From: an uncultured bacterium
GTDB taxonomy: Bacteria > Chloroflexota > UBA5177 > JANWHV01
Assembly (NCBI GenBank): GCA_963729625.1
Contig: CAVSOU010000010.1
Span: 544,001-608,000, forward strand
DNA: 64,000 nucleotides
Direction: 5' to 3'
Shown here piece by piece: positions 41,441-50,233 of the stretch (its first letter is position 1; each line of letters begins with the position of its first letter). The position numbers and the translations under genes were made by a program. The notes below the pieces were generated by a model. It was not told the DNA's origin and searched no databases. It saw only the letters and a list, made by a program, of their open reading frames with translations.

Positions 41441-42520
41441 TCACTGGAGGCTATCGATGTCGTCGTGTGATGTCACAGGCGCTGCCCGCAAGGAGCTCGA
41501 CCCTCGTACAATCAGGTCCGGTAGCGGGAGTTCAGACATTGCCGGCGATCCGGGCACCGCCGGCCGGATCAACGAGAGAACCAGATCGGCAGCCCGTTGG
41601 CCAATCTCGCGCTGGTGCAGCCGAATGCTCGTGAGTGGCGGTTGAGCTACGACGGCGATCTCAGTGTCGTCGACGCCCACAATGGCTACGTCTTCCGGCA
41701 CGCGCTCACCCGCTTCGCGGCACGCGAGCTGTGCGCCAACGGCGAGCAAGTCATTGACCGCGAATACGGCGTCGGGCCGGGAACGCTGGGCGAACAGCGT
41801 CGAGGCCGCGACAAAGCCTTCGCGGATCGTGGCGTGCAAGGCATAGCGGAGCCACTCTGGCTTGGGAGTAATATCGCTGCCGAGCAGAGTGTTCCTGTAC
41901 CCTGTAAGCCGCTGCTGCGAGATCCAGTGACCGCTGCCCCTCACGCCAATGAACGCAATATGTCGTCGCCCTTCGTTCAGGAGATGCTGTGTCGCTAGTG
42001 CCCCTACCCGTTCCTCTGAGATCAGGATCGACTCGAACGGTGCTGGGTCTAGCGGCACGGCTCTTGACTGGCTGTTGATGAAAACCGTCGGGCAGTTGCA
42101 GCGGAAACGGTCCATCATCTGCCGCAGAGCCGCCGCGTCGATGCCGGTATTCCAGAGAATCAGTCCCGAGACACGGTGTGCCAGGAAGCCCTGTACCTGC
42201 GAGGCCTCGCGTCCTGGGTCATCTCTCGATGTCGCTATCGACAAGCCATAGCCGTTTCGCTCGGCCTGTTCCGCGCAGCTATCTATGGCCTTGGCGAAAA
42301 ATGGGTTGGCGAGGTCGGGCACCACGACGCCAAGTGTGGCCATCTGGTTGGTGGCAAGTCCACGGGCGATTGGATTGGGGTGAAAATCCAGCTCCTTAAT
42401 CGCCCGCAAGACTTTGTCGCGTGTTTCAGCCTGGACCCATCGCTCATTGTTCAGAACTCGCGAGATCGTCTTCGGCGATACGTCGGCTGCTTTGGCCACA
42501 TCGCGAATGGTGACAGTCAT
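41441..42520 (-). CDS. LacI-family transcriptional regulator
   Basis: TIRDVAKAADVSPKTISRVLN; PDAVFAVNDLLAVG, VPEDVAIVGVDD, PPLTSI. Confidence 0.94.
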   Translation of the reverse strand: MTVTIRDVAKAADVSPKTISRVLNNERWVQAETRDKVLRAIKELDFHPNPIARGLATNQMATLGVVVPDLANPFFAKAIDSCAEQAERNGYGLSIATSRDDPGREASQVQGFLAHRVSGLILWNTGIDAAALRQMMDRFRCNCPTVFINSQSRAVPLDPAPFESILISEERVGALATQHLLNEGRRHIAFIGVRGSGHWISQQRLTGYRNTLLGSDITPKPEWLRYALHATIREGFVAASTLFAQRSRPDAVFAVNDLLAVGAQLACREAGERVPEDVAIVGVDDTEIAVVAQPPLTSIRLHQREIGQRAADLVLSLIRPAVPGSPAMSELPLPDLIVRGSSSLRAAPVTSHDDIDSLQ

Positions 42521-42585
42521 GTGCCTAACACCCGCCTGTTCTGGCGCTTGACCAATTCCGTGCCGAATCTCGCATCCAGGAAACC

Positions 42586-42599
42586 TGTCAACGGTGTCA
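42586..42599. promoter_or_regulatory. Candidate LacI-type operator
   Basis: TGTCAACGGTGTCA, near-palindrome with central CG, between the promoter and the start of lacI (42520). Confidence 0.6.
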
Positions 42600-42610
42600 G
42601 TACCTCAGTT

Positions 42611-42655
42611 GTGCCCTGTGTCGTGAGAATATCACGACACAGGGCACCAGGTCAA
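42611..42655 (-). promoter_or_regulatory. lacI promoter embedded in a 16-bp perfect inverted repeat
   Basis: Minus strand TTGACC, 18 nt, TGa-TATTCT; GTGCCCTGTGTCGTGA-gaata-TCACGACACAGGGCAC at 42611-42647. Confidence 0.55.
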
Positions 42656-42764
42656 GCGCAATACTGCGGGGGATCGACCGCTCTCAACGCCGAGGACTTC
42701 TCACCGGGCTGTTCAATATGATTGCGGTGTCAGGTTGGCGCAGCTTACACTTACTTTCGAGCGA

Positions 42765-42983
42765 GGAGAACTGCCGCCTTCACTCAGATCCCCTCGGCTG
42801 CAGCGGCTTGGTCGGCCGATGATCGCCAGCTGGCGATCATCGGCGCGACTGCGTCCGCCGGCCACATCTCGCGCGGCGTCGTCAGGCGGTAGCACCCGGG
42901 GCCGGGGATGTGTCCCGACGAGCCCGCTACCACGCTCTCACGGTCGTATAGGGCGACTCGGGTAAGAGCTTCAGCAGTTCTCC
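42765..42983 (+). ncRNA. Candidate structured non-coding RNA (or non-autonomous element), family unknown
   Basis: Ends pair (GGAGAACTGC/GCAGTTCTCC); nested helices with G-U pairs on the plus strand; 30-bp perfect palindrome 42815-42844; TACACT -10 at 42746-51. Confidence 0.45.
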
Positions 42984-43047
42984 CCGGTTGCCATCTGTAG
43001 CCGCTGTTCAGTCGTGCCGGCTCTACACCCGGACACCATCACACCGC

Positions 43048-45150
43048 TCAGTCATCTGCGCGCGAGAGCACCACGATGGTGTAGAGCGGAAGGTTGAGCA
43101 GTGCGATCCGGTGTACGTCGCCCACCACCAGGACGGCCGCCTCAGGCATTCCGGACGGGCTATACACCGCCGCGCGACCAAATCGCTCCGGCAGGCGGAG
43201 ATCGAGCTGCAACTCCGGCAGATCGGGCACGCAGTCCGCGGCCTCGTCGTAGTCGTAACGGATGATGTGTACGGCGGCGCCATGCTCCACGCGCTGGACA
43301 TTGATTGCCAGTTCATGTGACTCGTGCAGCCGCGCCTGTGGTCCCAGCGGCAGATCACCGATGCTGAAGTCTTTCGCGCTCGACACCTGCACTGAGCCTC
43401 GGTGGCCGAGTATCGCCTCGCGCAGCTGCGCCGGCAGGTTGCGCCCGCACTCGCCCAGCACGACGAGCCGTCCGCCCAGCTCCAGGTAGGCGATCAAGAG
43501 TTCGGCCTGCGCCATCGTCAGGCACCAGCAGTCCGGCAGCAGCAGCGTGCCGTACTGGGCCAGGTCGGCCACCTGGAGCACATCCGCCCGGAGCAGCCCA
43601 TCCGGGAAGAACACCACGTCATAGGGCTGGGACCCCGCGCTCAAGGTGGCGCAGACCTGTCGGAAGGGGAGCTCGGGACCGAGCGAATCGTTCACCCGCA
43701 CGTCGGCCAGGAGGTCGCGTTCCGTAATCCGCTGGAAGTTGCTCTCCACGCTGAAGACGACTGCCGTATCCGAGCAGGTTCGGCTGCTGTACAACGCCTC
43801 ATGCTTTGCTAGAAACTGCCCGATCTCCACGCACAGCTCATGCGGAGCGTAAAAGGCGTCCTGGATCACACTGCCCATCCACGAGCCGTAGGGAAGGCTC
43901 ATGTTCGCCCCCAGGGCGGCCGCTTCATAGACGGAGCAGCGGAACCGGTCGTAGCCCCGGCCCTGCTCCAGGCGCCGCACCAGTTCCGGCACAACACCCC
44001 CATACGGGTTCTCCACCACCACGACCGGCTTGGCCCCTGCAAACCCAGCCACATAGCGATACCACTCCGGCTGCCGGTAGCGCGTGTTGCGCATCTCCGT
44101 GATCAGCACATCGACCTGCGGCTCCAACGCGTAGTAATGATCGAACAGGTTGAAAAAGTTCCCCGACACCAGCACGTCCTGGCCCTTGCTCGTCGCGTAC
44201 GCGCGCGCATAGTCCGCCAACTCGCCGAAGGTGCGAGCGACGGACTGGCGCTGGTACCGCAGGTAGTGCCAGAAGAGCGGCGTCCGGGCGACGTCGATCT
44301 TGAAGTCGTAGCCACGCTCGAGAAGCCAGGGCCCGTAGGCAAAACGCGCCAGGTCGGTGCCGGCAAGTTCGGCAGGAAGCCGGTCGGCAGGGAGTGCCTG
44401 CACATAGGCGCGAAAACCCTTCGTGCAATCCTTGCAGAAGCAGCCGCCGTACTGCAGACTGGTAAGCGGCGTCTCCGCTTCATCCAACTGTACGCCGGCT
44501 ACTCCGGCGTCGATCTGGATGCGGATAATTGCTTTGAGATACTCTCGCCAGACCGGGTTGTTGCGGTCCATCAGGTAGCAGTAGTGGGGTCGGTCGGGAC
44601 ATTCCACCCAACGGGCGTGGCAGGCCGTGCCATGAATGTCGCGGCTGCAGCACTCCTCCAACAGGTCGGTCACCTGTTCGCCGTCGCTGTTGACCAACCC
44701 GCCAGGGAAGTAGGATTCGAACGACCGCCACAGTTTGGGATAACGGTTCTGCGTGAACTCCCGCAGACCCATCCACCCCGGCTTGCCCACTCCCCGCAGC
44801 TCGTTAAGCGCGAGGACCGAGTCTTCCGCTTCGTTCACCTCGACGGGGAACTCCCAGCCCTGCACCTCGAACACGATGCCAAACACCTTGATGCCGCGCT
44901 GCTGGCACGCCTGGATGAACTCGCTGTCGTCGACGAAGCCGTAGAAGCGGTAGCGAGGATCGATAGCCCCGTGGGCCTCCTGCTCCAAGTAGGGCAGCGC
45001 GATCGAGCCGCCCCCCAGAGCCGACCAGACCAGCATCGTCGCCTTGAACTCCTCCAGCTGTTCTACCATGCGCAGACGACGTGGCGGCAGGCTCGGATGG
45101 TAGCAGTGCTGGCCCGGATACCAGGCGTCGAAGTAGACTCCGCGCTCCAT
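43048..45150 (-). CDS. Uncharacterised glycoside-hydrolase-like protein (700 aa)
   Basis: MDRNNPVWREYL...AGVAGVQLDE and CFCKDC resemble TIM-barrel GH motifs; C-terminal QYGTLLLPDC...LIAYLELGGRLVV resembles the class-I GATase-like trimerisation domain; AAGGGAG SD. Confidence 0.7.
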   Translation of the reverse strand: MERGVYFDAWYPGQHCYHPSLPPRRLRMVEQLEEFKATMLVWSALGGGSIALPYLEQEAHGAIDPRYRFYGFVDDSEFIQACQQRGIKVFGIVFEVQGWEFPVEVNEAEDSVLALNELRGVGKPGWMGLREFTQNRYPKLWRSFESYFPGGLVNSDGEQVTDLLEECCSRDIHGTACHARWVECPDRPHYCYLMDRNNPVWREYLKAIIRIQIDAGVAGVQLDEAETPLTSLQYGGCFCKDCTKGFRAYVQALPADRLPAELAGTDLARFAYGPWLLERGYDFKIDVARTPLFWHYLRYQRQSVARTFGELADYARAYATSKGQDVLVSGNFFNLFDHYYALEPQVDVLITEMRNTRYRQPEWYRYVAGFAGAKPVVVVENPYGGVVPELVRRLEQGRGYDRFRCSVYEAAALGANMSLPYGSWMGSVIQDAFYAPHELCVEIGQFLAKHEALYSSRTCSDTAVVFSVESNFQRITERDLLADVRVNDSLGPELPFRQVCATLSAGSQPYDVVFFPDGLLRADVLQVADLAQYGTLLLPDCWCLTMAQAELLIAYLELGGRLVVLGECGRNLPAQLREAILGHRGSVQVSSAKDFSIGDLPLGPQARLHESHELAINVQRVEHGAAVHIIRYDYDEAADCVPDLPELQLDLRLPERFGRAAVYSPSGMPEAAVLVVGDVHRIALLNLPLYTIVVLSRADD

Positions 45151-45461
45151 ATTTGCTCCCTTCCTCGCTCCAGTTGGCCACGGACCGCTACCGCGGATGA
45201 AGACGTCACACGCCCGGCCGAAGCCGGCCTCGTTCCTTCCATGCGGAGGCTATTGTTAGCTCAAGCTAGATCCATTGGTTGGCGCTTGCCTTGCACAGTG
45301 ATCGCGCAACCCAGGAGGTCAACCATACTGCGAACCCGGCAGGCGACCCCATTGCGAGTGTAGCAGGCTGGCGGCCGTCGCCAAGCGGATCCCCGAGTGT
45401 CGCGCACCTACCGTCGGTGCCGGCGTACAGGCGAGAGTTGGCGTTGGAAGGGCAGAAGGCT

Positions 45462-45962
45462 CTAGTGGCGCCCCTGCGCGGACCAGCGTGCCTCGGCAGC
45501 CGCGTGGGGCGACGCCGATGTAATCTCCATAAGCTCGATTCTGTTGCCGTCGGGGTCCGCGACCCAGTACTGCCTATTGTGATCGGGCCCTTCGGACGCG
45601 ACGCCAAGGCGCTCGGCAGGCACGCCCCGTGCCGCCAGCTCGCGCACGGTGGCGTCGACGTCGTCCACCGTCAACGAGAAGTGGTGGTAACTGTTTCCGG
45701 TGCTGGAATCGATGTCACTCGACTTGAGCGCGAAGCGCGGCTCACCAGTGCCCAGCCTGGCCGCAGTTCCCTCAGGAGCACCCACCGGGAAGAGCTCGAT
45801 GTACTGGCCGGGAGCCAACTGGATGTAGACAATCCACGGGGATGGGCTGCCTTCACGGTCGAGGCGAAATGCCTCCTGGAAGCCAAGGATATCGCAATAG
45901 AAATGCAATGAGCGTTCGAGGTCTGCTATGCGAAACGCCAGGTGACCGATACCCTTGATCAC
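45462..45962 (-). CDS. VOC family protein, paralog 2
   Basis: GIGHLAF...YIELFP...YHHFSLTVDD...DPDGNRIELM. Confidence 0.9.
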   Translation of the reverse strand: MIKGIGHLAFRIADLERSLHFYCDILGFQEAFRLDREGSPSPWIVYIQLAPGQYIELFPVGAPEGTAARLGTGEPRFALKSSDIDSSTGNSYHHFSLTVDDVDATVRELAARGVPAERLGVASEGPDHNRQYWVADPDGNRIELMEITSASPHAAAEARWSAQGRH

Positions 45963-46058
45963 TTCCTGCCCTCCTGAGACTATTCAACACTCTGCCGTTG
46001 TCGTAAAGAGGCCCCATTCCAGCCGCGCCACCGTGTAAACCCGTCACCGAGCACTGCC

Positions 46059-47141
46059 TCACCCCGGTGGTCCACATGATTCGCGGACCACGAACGTTGG
46101 CGGGACGATTACCGTCTTGCCAGGGGCGCAGAATATGCTGTCCAGGGACTCCCCTGTGACCCTATCCAGAAGCGCCGCCGCCGCGAGCTCAGCCATCGTC
46201 TCGACGGGCTGGCGGACGGTAGTCAAGCCGGGCGTAGAGAGCGCAGCGAACTCAATGTCGTCAAAGCCGACAACGGACAGGTCCTCCGGCACACGGATGC
46301 CGGCCAGGAGAGCGGTCTTGAGAACCGTGATCGCCGCCGCATCGCAATCGGTGAAGACTGCGGTCGGGGGCCGACCGACGCCAAGCAGGTGTCGCAGCGC
46401 GGCCTGAGCGGCGCCGAGATCGCGATGGTCGACCGCCACTTCCAGGGCAGAATCGTGGGCGAGACCGTGCGACTCCAGCGTGCTGGCGAAGGCGAGCGCG
46501 CGCTGGCGGTCCTCCCAGCAGCCCGTGCCCTGATCATTCCGGATATGAGCAATCCGAGTGTGGCCGAGGCTAATGAGGTGCTCCATCGCCAAGGTAACGC
46601 CGGCGACATCGTCCACGATGATCGCAGTCTCGCCCGCGACGCTCGGCCGGCTGGCCACGGTGACAACATGACGATACTCTCGCACCAACCGCGCCAGCGC
46701 TTCACTAAATGCCTCATCCGAGCCCTGCAGAAACCTGCCACCGATGACGACCGCGCCGTCGACGCGATCGCTGCTTGGAAGGCCGGCGAGCGTCAGTCCG
46801 TCCACGTCGTCGTCTTCGGCGATATGAAACAACAGATGGCTGCCCTGCTCCCGGCATCTAGCATAGAGCACATGAAGAACCTCGACGGCAAAAGGGAGCG
46901 ACAAATCTGACACGATCACGCCGATAGTACTCGCGCGGGCGGTACGCAGGCTGCGCGCCCAAGGGTTGGGGCGGTACTGCAATTCGCCCGCTGCCTTGCG
47001 GACGCGCTCGACGATATCGGGACGGACTGAGCCGGTTCCCTTGCCGTCGTTGAGCACCCGTGAAACGCTTGCCATCGAGACGCCCGCAACCCGGGCCACG
47101 TCCCGGATGCCAACCTGCGCCCGTATTGCATGTCTACTCAC
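46059..47141 (-). CDS. LacI-family transcriptional regulator
   Basis: GIRDVARVAGVSMASVSRVLN; RVPEDLSVVGFDDI, PGLTTVRQP; start placed at GTG 47141 after GGAG. Confidence 0.92.
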   Translation of the reverse strand: MSRHAIRAQVGIRDVARVAGVSMASVSRVLNDGKGTGSVRPDIVERVRKAAGELQYRPNPWARSLRTARASTIGVIVSDLSLPFAVEVLHVLYARCREQGSHLLFHIAEDDDVDGLTLAGLPSSDRVDGAVVIGGRFLQGSDEAFSEALARLVREYRHVVTVASRPSVAGETAIIVDDVAGVTLAMEHLISLGHTRIAHIRNDQGTGCWEDRQRALAFASTLESHGLAHDSALEVAVDHRDLGAAQAALRHLLGVGRPPTAVFTDCDAAAITVLKTALLAGIRVPEDLSVVGFDDIEFAALSTPGLTTVRQPVETMAELAAAALLDRVTGESLDSIFCAPGKTVIVPPTFVVRESCGPPG

Positions 47142-47348
47142 GTCACTGCTCCAGCGCCGGCAGAAGGCCGTTTGTGAATCCTTTTCCCGCCAAGAATAGC
47201 ACTGTGTGCTGGCGCTGTCAACGCGAGTCGCTGCATCTGCCCGCCTCGATCTTCCATCCGCACGAGGCTGTTTCGTCTTGTGCTGAACTCCGCATTGGCC
47301 ACCGGCGCCGTTTGGACGTCGCGATGTCGATGTTCGCGTCGCGGGGTC

Positions 47349-47408
47349 TTGACTGCGCACGGAAACTGTGCTAGGCTCGTGAAAACTGTTGTGCAGAAAC
47401 GTTTTCTG
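47349..47408 (+). promoter_or_regulatory. Promoter plus candidate LacI operator for the lacI-ABC3 unit
   Basis: TTGACT, 17 nt, TGc-TAGGCT (47349-77); CAGAAACGTTTTCTG near-palindrome with central CG (47394-408). Confidence 0.65.
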
Positions 47409-47441
47409 GCATGTGCTGCCGACGGCAAAGCGGGACTAAGC

Positions 47442-48503
47442 ATGGGGGCAACGATTCGCGACGTGGCCGAGCTGGCAGGGGTCTCCGCATCGACGGTCTC
47501 GGGCGTGCTCAGCGTCAGGTCCGGAAACGCCAGGGTGAGCCCCGGCACCGCTGAGCGCGTCCGCAGCGCGGCTGCCAGCTTGAACTACCGGCCCAATGCC
47601 GCGGCACGCGGGCTGCGAACCGCCCAGACACAGACCATCGGGGTCATCGCCCGCAATCTGCTCCACCCTTTCGCCGCCGAGTTGTTGCGCAGTGTTTCCG
47701 CCGAATGCCGCGCGCGCGGCTACCACATGCTGGTCGGGCACGCCGAGCACGACAGCACGGAAGGATGGGTGCTCGGAGACATCTTGAGCGCCGACCGCGT
47801 CGATGGCGTCCTCTTGCTGGGTGATATCCTCTCGGGCAATAAGCGCCAGGAGCGCATGAGCCGGGTTTTGAAGACGCATCGGCATGTGGTGACGGTCAGC
47901 AGCCATCCCAGCGTGGTAGGCGAGCCCGCGGTGCTCGTCGACAATGAGCGTGGGGTCTGGATGGCGCTTCAGCACCTGGTCGCCCAGGGCCATCAGTCAA
48001 TCGGCTATATCAATCAGCCGCTCGGCCCCGAGTCCTGGGAAGACCAGCAGCGCCGAGCGGCGTACCGCAGATTCCTCAGCGTGCACGGCCTTCCCTACAC
48101 GGAAGCGTCCGAGGTGACGGCGACCGGCCAGGTAGGGGCTATGGTGAAGACGCTTCGGGAACTCGTTGCCCGACCCGATCGACCGACGGCTGTTCTGGTT
48201 ATCCCGGACGCCGTAGCGGTGGTGGTGATCAAGGCGGCCTTCGCCTGCGGGATACGCGTTCCCGACGACCTGTCCGTGGTTGGCTTCGACGACATTCCGT
48301 TCGCAGCGCTGAGCTCGCCGGGCCTGACCACGGTGCGACAGCCTGTCGAGAGCATGGGACATTTCGCCGCGGGGGCCTTGCTGGACCGAATTGCCGGCGA
48401 TGCTCAGGGAGCGCCCGTGACGCTCGAGCCCGCGGCAGATGCTACGGTGGTGTTTCCGCCGACGCTGGTAGTACGTGAGTCGGTGTGTCCTAGGCGGCAG
48501 TGA
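47442..48503 (+). CDS. LacI-family transcriptional regulator
   Basis: ATIRDVAELAGVSASTVSGVL; RVPDDLSVVGFDDI, PGLTTVRQP. Confidence 0.93.
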   Translation: MGATIRDVAELAGVSASTVSGVLSVRSGNARVSPGTAERVRSAAASLNYRPNAAARGLRTAQTQTIGVIARNLLHPFAAELLRSVSAECRARGYHMLVGHAEHDSTEGWVLGDILSADRVDGVLLLGDILSGNKRQERMSRVLKTHRHVVTVSSHPSVVGEPAVLVDNERGVWMALQHLVAQGHQSIGYINQPLGPESWEDQQRRAAYRRFLSVHGLPYTEASEVTATGQVGAMVKTLRELVARPDRPTAVLVIPDAVAVVVIKAAFACGIRVPDDLSVVGFDDIPFAALSSPGLTTVRQPVESMGHFAAGALLDRIAGDAQGAPVTLEPAADATVVFPPTLVVRESVCPRRQ

Positions 48504-48684
48504 CGGTCCAGCCGGCGTAGAGAGAAACACGGACGCCTGACCAGGTGCAGGTTCAAGAGAAAGGAGGTGAGCACAGAAGGGAAATGCCAGAGTCTTGTTC
48601 GCGTACTGGGGCCCGGGTCTTGAGGCGGTAGAGGTACAGCTCCGGCCACCTAGTGGCCGGAAGAACCTAAGGGAGAGGCATTGT

Positions 48685-50064
48685 ATGGAATTCGATAGGT
48701 CCTTTTCACGCCGTGGCTTCCTGGCCGGCACGGCGGCCGCGGGAGCCGCGCTCGCGGCCGGTTCGATCCTTCCTGGCCGGATCGACGCGGCGTCGGCAGC
48801 GGCACCGGTCAACATTTCGTACTGGTTCCCGTGGGGCAGCGACTCCAAGACCTACGAAGAGAACCGCTGCAAGCAGTTCAACGCCACCCACAAGGACATC
48901 CAGGCTACGGCCATCTATGTTCCGCCGCATTCCGGCGTGGACAACGGCAAGCTGCTCTCGGCGATTGCCTCGGGTAACGTTCCCGACCTGGTGACGTGCG
49001 ACATCCCCAGCGCTGGCGCGGTGATGGGCTATCAGGGCGGCCTAATGGATGTGACGCCGTACCTGAAGGCCGCGGGCTGGTCGCCGAGCCAGATGCTGCC
49101 GGCCATCCTCCAGCTGATGGAGTACTCTGGCGGCAAGATCTGGGCCATGCCGGAGACAGGGAACCTGAACTATCTGTACATCAACCGGACGCTGTTCAAG
49201 CAGGCCGGCCTGGACCCGAACCGGCCGCCGCAGACGATCGCGGAGCTCGACGCCATGGCCGCCAAGCTGACCGTGCCGGGCAGTGGAGGCAAGTTCAAGA
49301 CCGTGGGCTTCGTGCCGTGGGCCTATGAGGGCGGCGGTGGTCAGGGCACCGCCGGCGTCTATACGTGGCCGTGGGTGTTCGGGGGCAACTACACCAAGGT
49401 GGTCAACGGCAAGGTGATGCTCACGCTCAACGACCCGGCTGCCATCCGCGCCCTGGAGTGGGAGACGAGCTACGCCAAGAAGTACGGCGCGGATAAGATG
49501 CAGGTGACGGTCTCCGGCACGCTGGATCCGTTCTCGCCCAACGACCTGTTCATCACCGGCCAGATCGCCATGATGGTAGCCGGCAACTGGCATACCGAGG
49601 CCCTGCGCACCTACAACCCGAAGCTGGACTACGCGGTGTTCCCGATTCCTTATCCGCCGGGAGGCCGCAAGAACGCGTGCCTACTCTTCATGAACATCTA
49701 CATGGTGCCTGAAGGCGCCAAGCATCCGGCAGAGGCGGTGAGGTTCGCCATGTGGGCCGGGAACGGCACCGCGGTGATCGGCAACGAGGACATCTGGCGC
49801 ACGTACTCGGGCTACAAGCAGAAGCCGACCGACCCCAAGAACAAGTGGCAGCGGAGCAACGATGCCGCCTACAAGGTGACCCAGCTGCTTTCGGTCTCGC
49901 CCAACGCCACCAACGGCCCGTTGCTGCCCATCACTGCGCAGCTTACCAACGAGCTGTGGGCGGCGCAGCAGAAGGTGATCTATGGGCAGGCCACGGCGCA
50001 GGCGGCGCTGACCGACGTCCAGAACCGGCTGCAGCCCCTTCTGGACCAAGGGCTCAAGCAGTAA
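48685..50064 (+). CDS. Sugar ABC transporter substrate-binding protein 3 (Tat leader)
   Basis: FSRRGFLAG leader; AIASGNVPDL, GKIWAMP...LYINRTLFKQAGLDPNRPPQT, FITGQIAMMVAGNW. Confidence 0.92.
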   Translation: MEFDRSFSRRGFLAGTAAAGAALAAGSILPGRIDAASAAAPVNISYWFPWGSDSKTYEENRCKQFNATHKDIQATAIYVPPHSGVDNGKLLSAIASGNVPDLVTCDIPSAGAVMGYQGGLMDVTPYLKAAGWSPSQMLPAILQLMEYSGGKIWAMPETGNLNYLYINRTLFKQAGLDPNRPPQTIAELDAMAAKLTVPGSGGKFKTVGFVPWAYEGGGGQGTAGVYTWPWVFGGNYTKVVNGKVMLTLNDPAAIRALEWETSYAKKYGADKMQVTVSGTLDPFSPNDLFITGQIAMMVAGNWHTEALRTYNPKLDYAVFPIPYPPGGRKNACLLFMNIYMVPEGAKHPAEAVRFAMWAGNGTAVIGNEDIWRTYSGYKQKPTDPKNKWQRSNDAAYKVTQLLSVSPNATNGPLLPITAQLTNELWAAQQKVIYGQATAQAALTDVQNRLQPLLDQGLKQ

Positions 50065-50154
50065 GCGATTGACCGACTGCGCCGGAGTAGCAGGGTAGCC
50101 GCCTGTTGACCGGTAACGGCCGGCGCCTGAGGAAGGGCGGTAGCAGTACGCCGA

Positions 50155-50197
50155 TATGGGATAGAGGCAACATGGCCAGAGCGGCCTCTATCCCATA
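50155..50197 (+). other. Strong stem-loop between SBP3 and the permeases
   Basis: TATGGGATAGAGGC / GCCTCTATCCCATA, 14-bp perfect stem, no U-tract. Confidence 0.75.
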
Positions 50198-50233
50198 CGG
50201 ACCGTGGAGCAAGGTTACGAAGGAGGGTGAACC

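Noticed and set aside
42878-42897. GTCAGG...GGTAGCA resembling SRP RNA helix 8 inside the candidate ncRNA
   Set aside because: Lacks the CC-GGAA-GG tetraloop hairpin and GCAGC motif, so not called SRP RNA.
43840-45363. 507-aa plus-strand ORF and other long ORFs such as 39204-40496, 37649-38800, 55758-56894 and 58419-59450
   Set aside because: Antisense shadows of well-supported genes in high-GC DNA; no motifs of their own.
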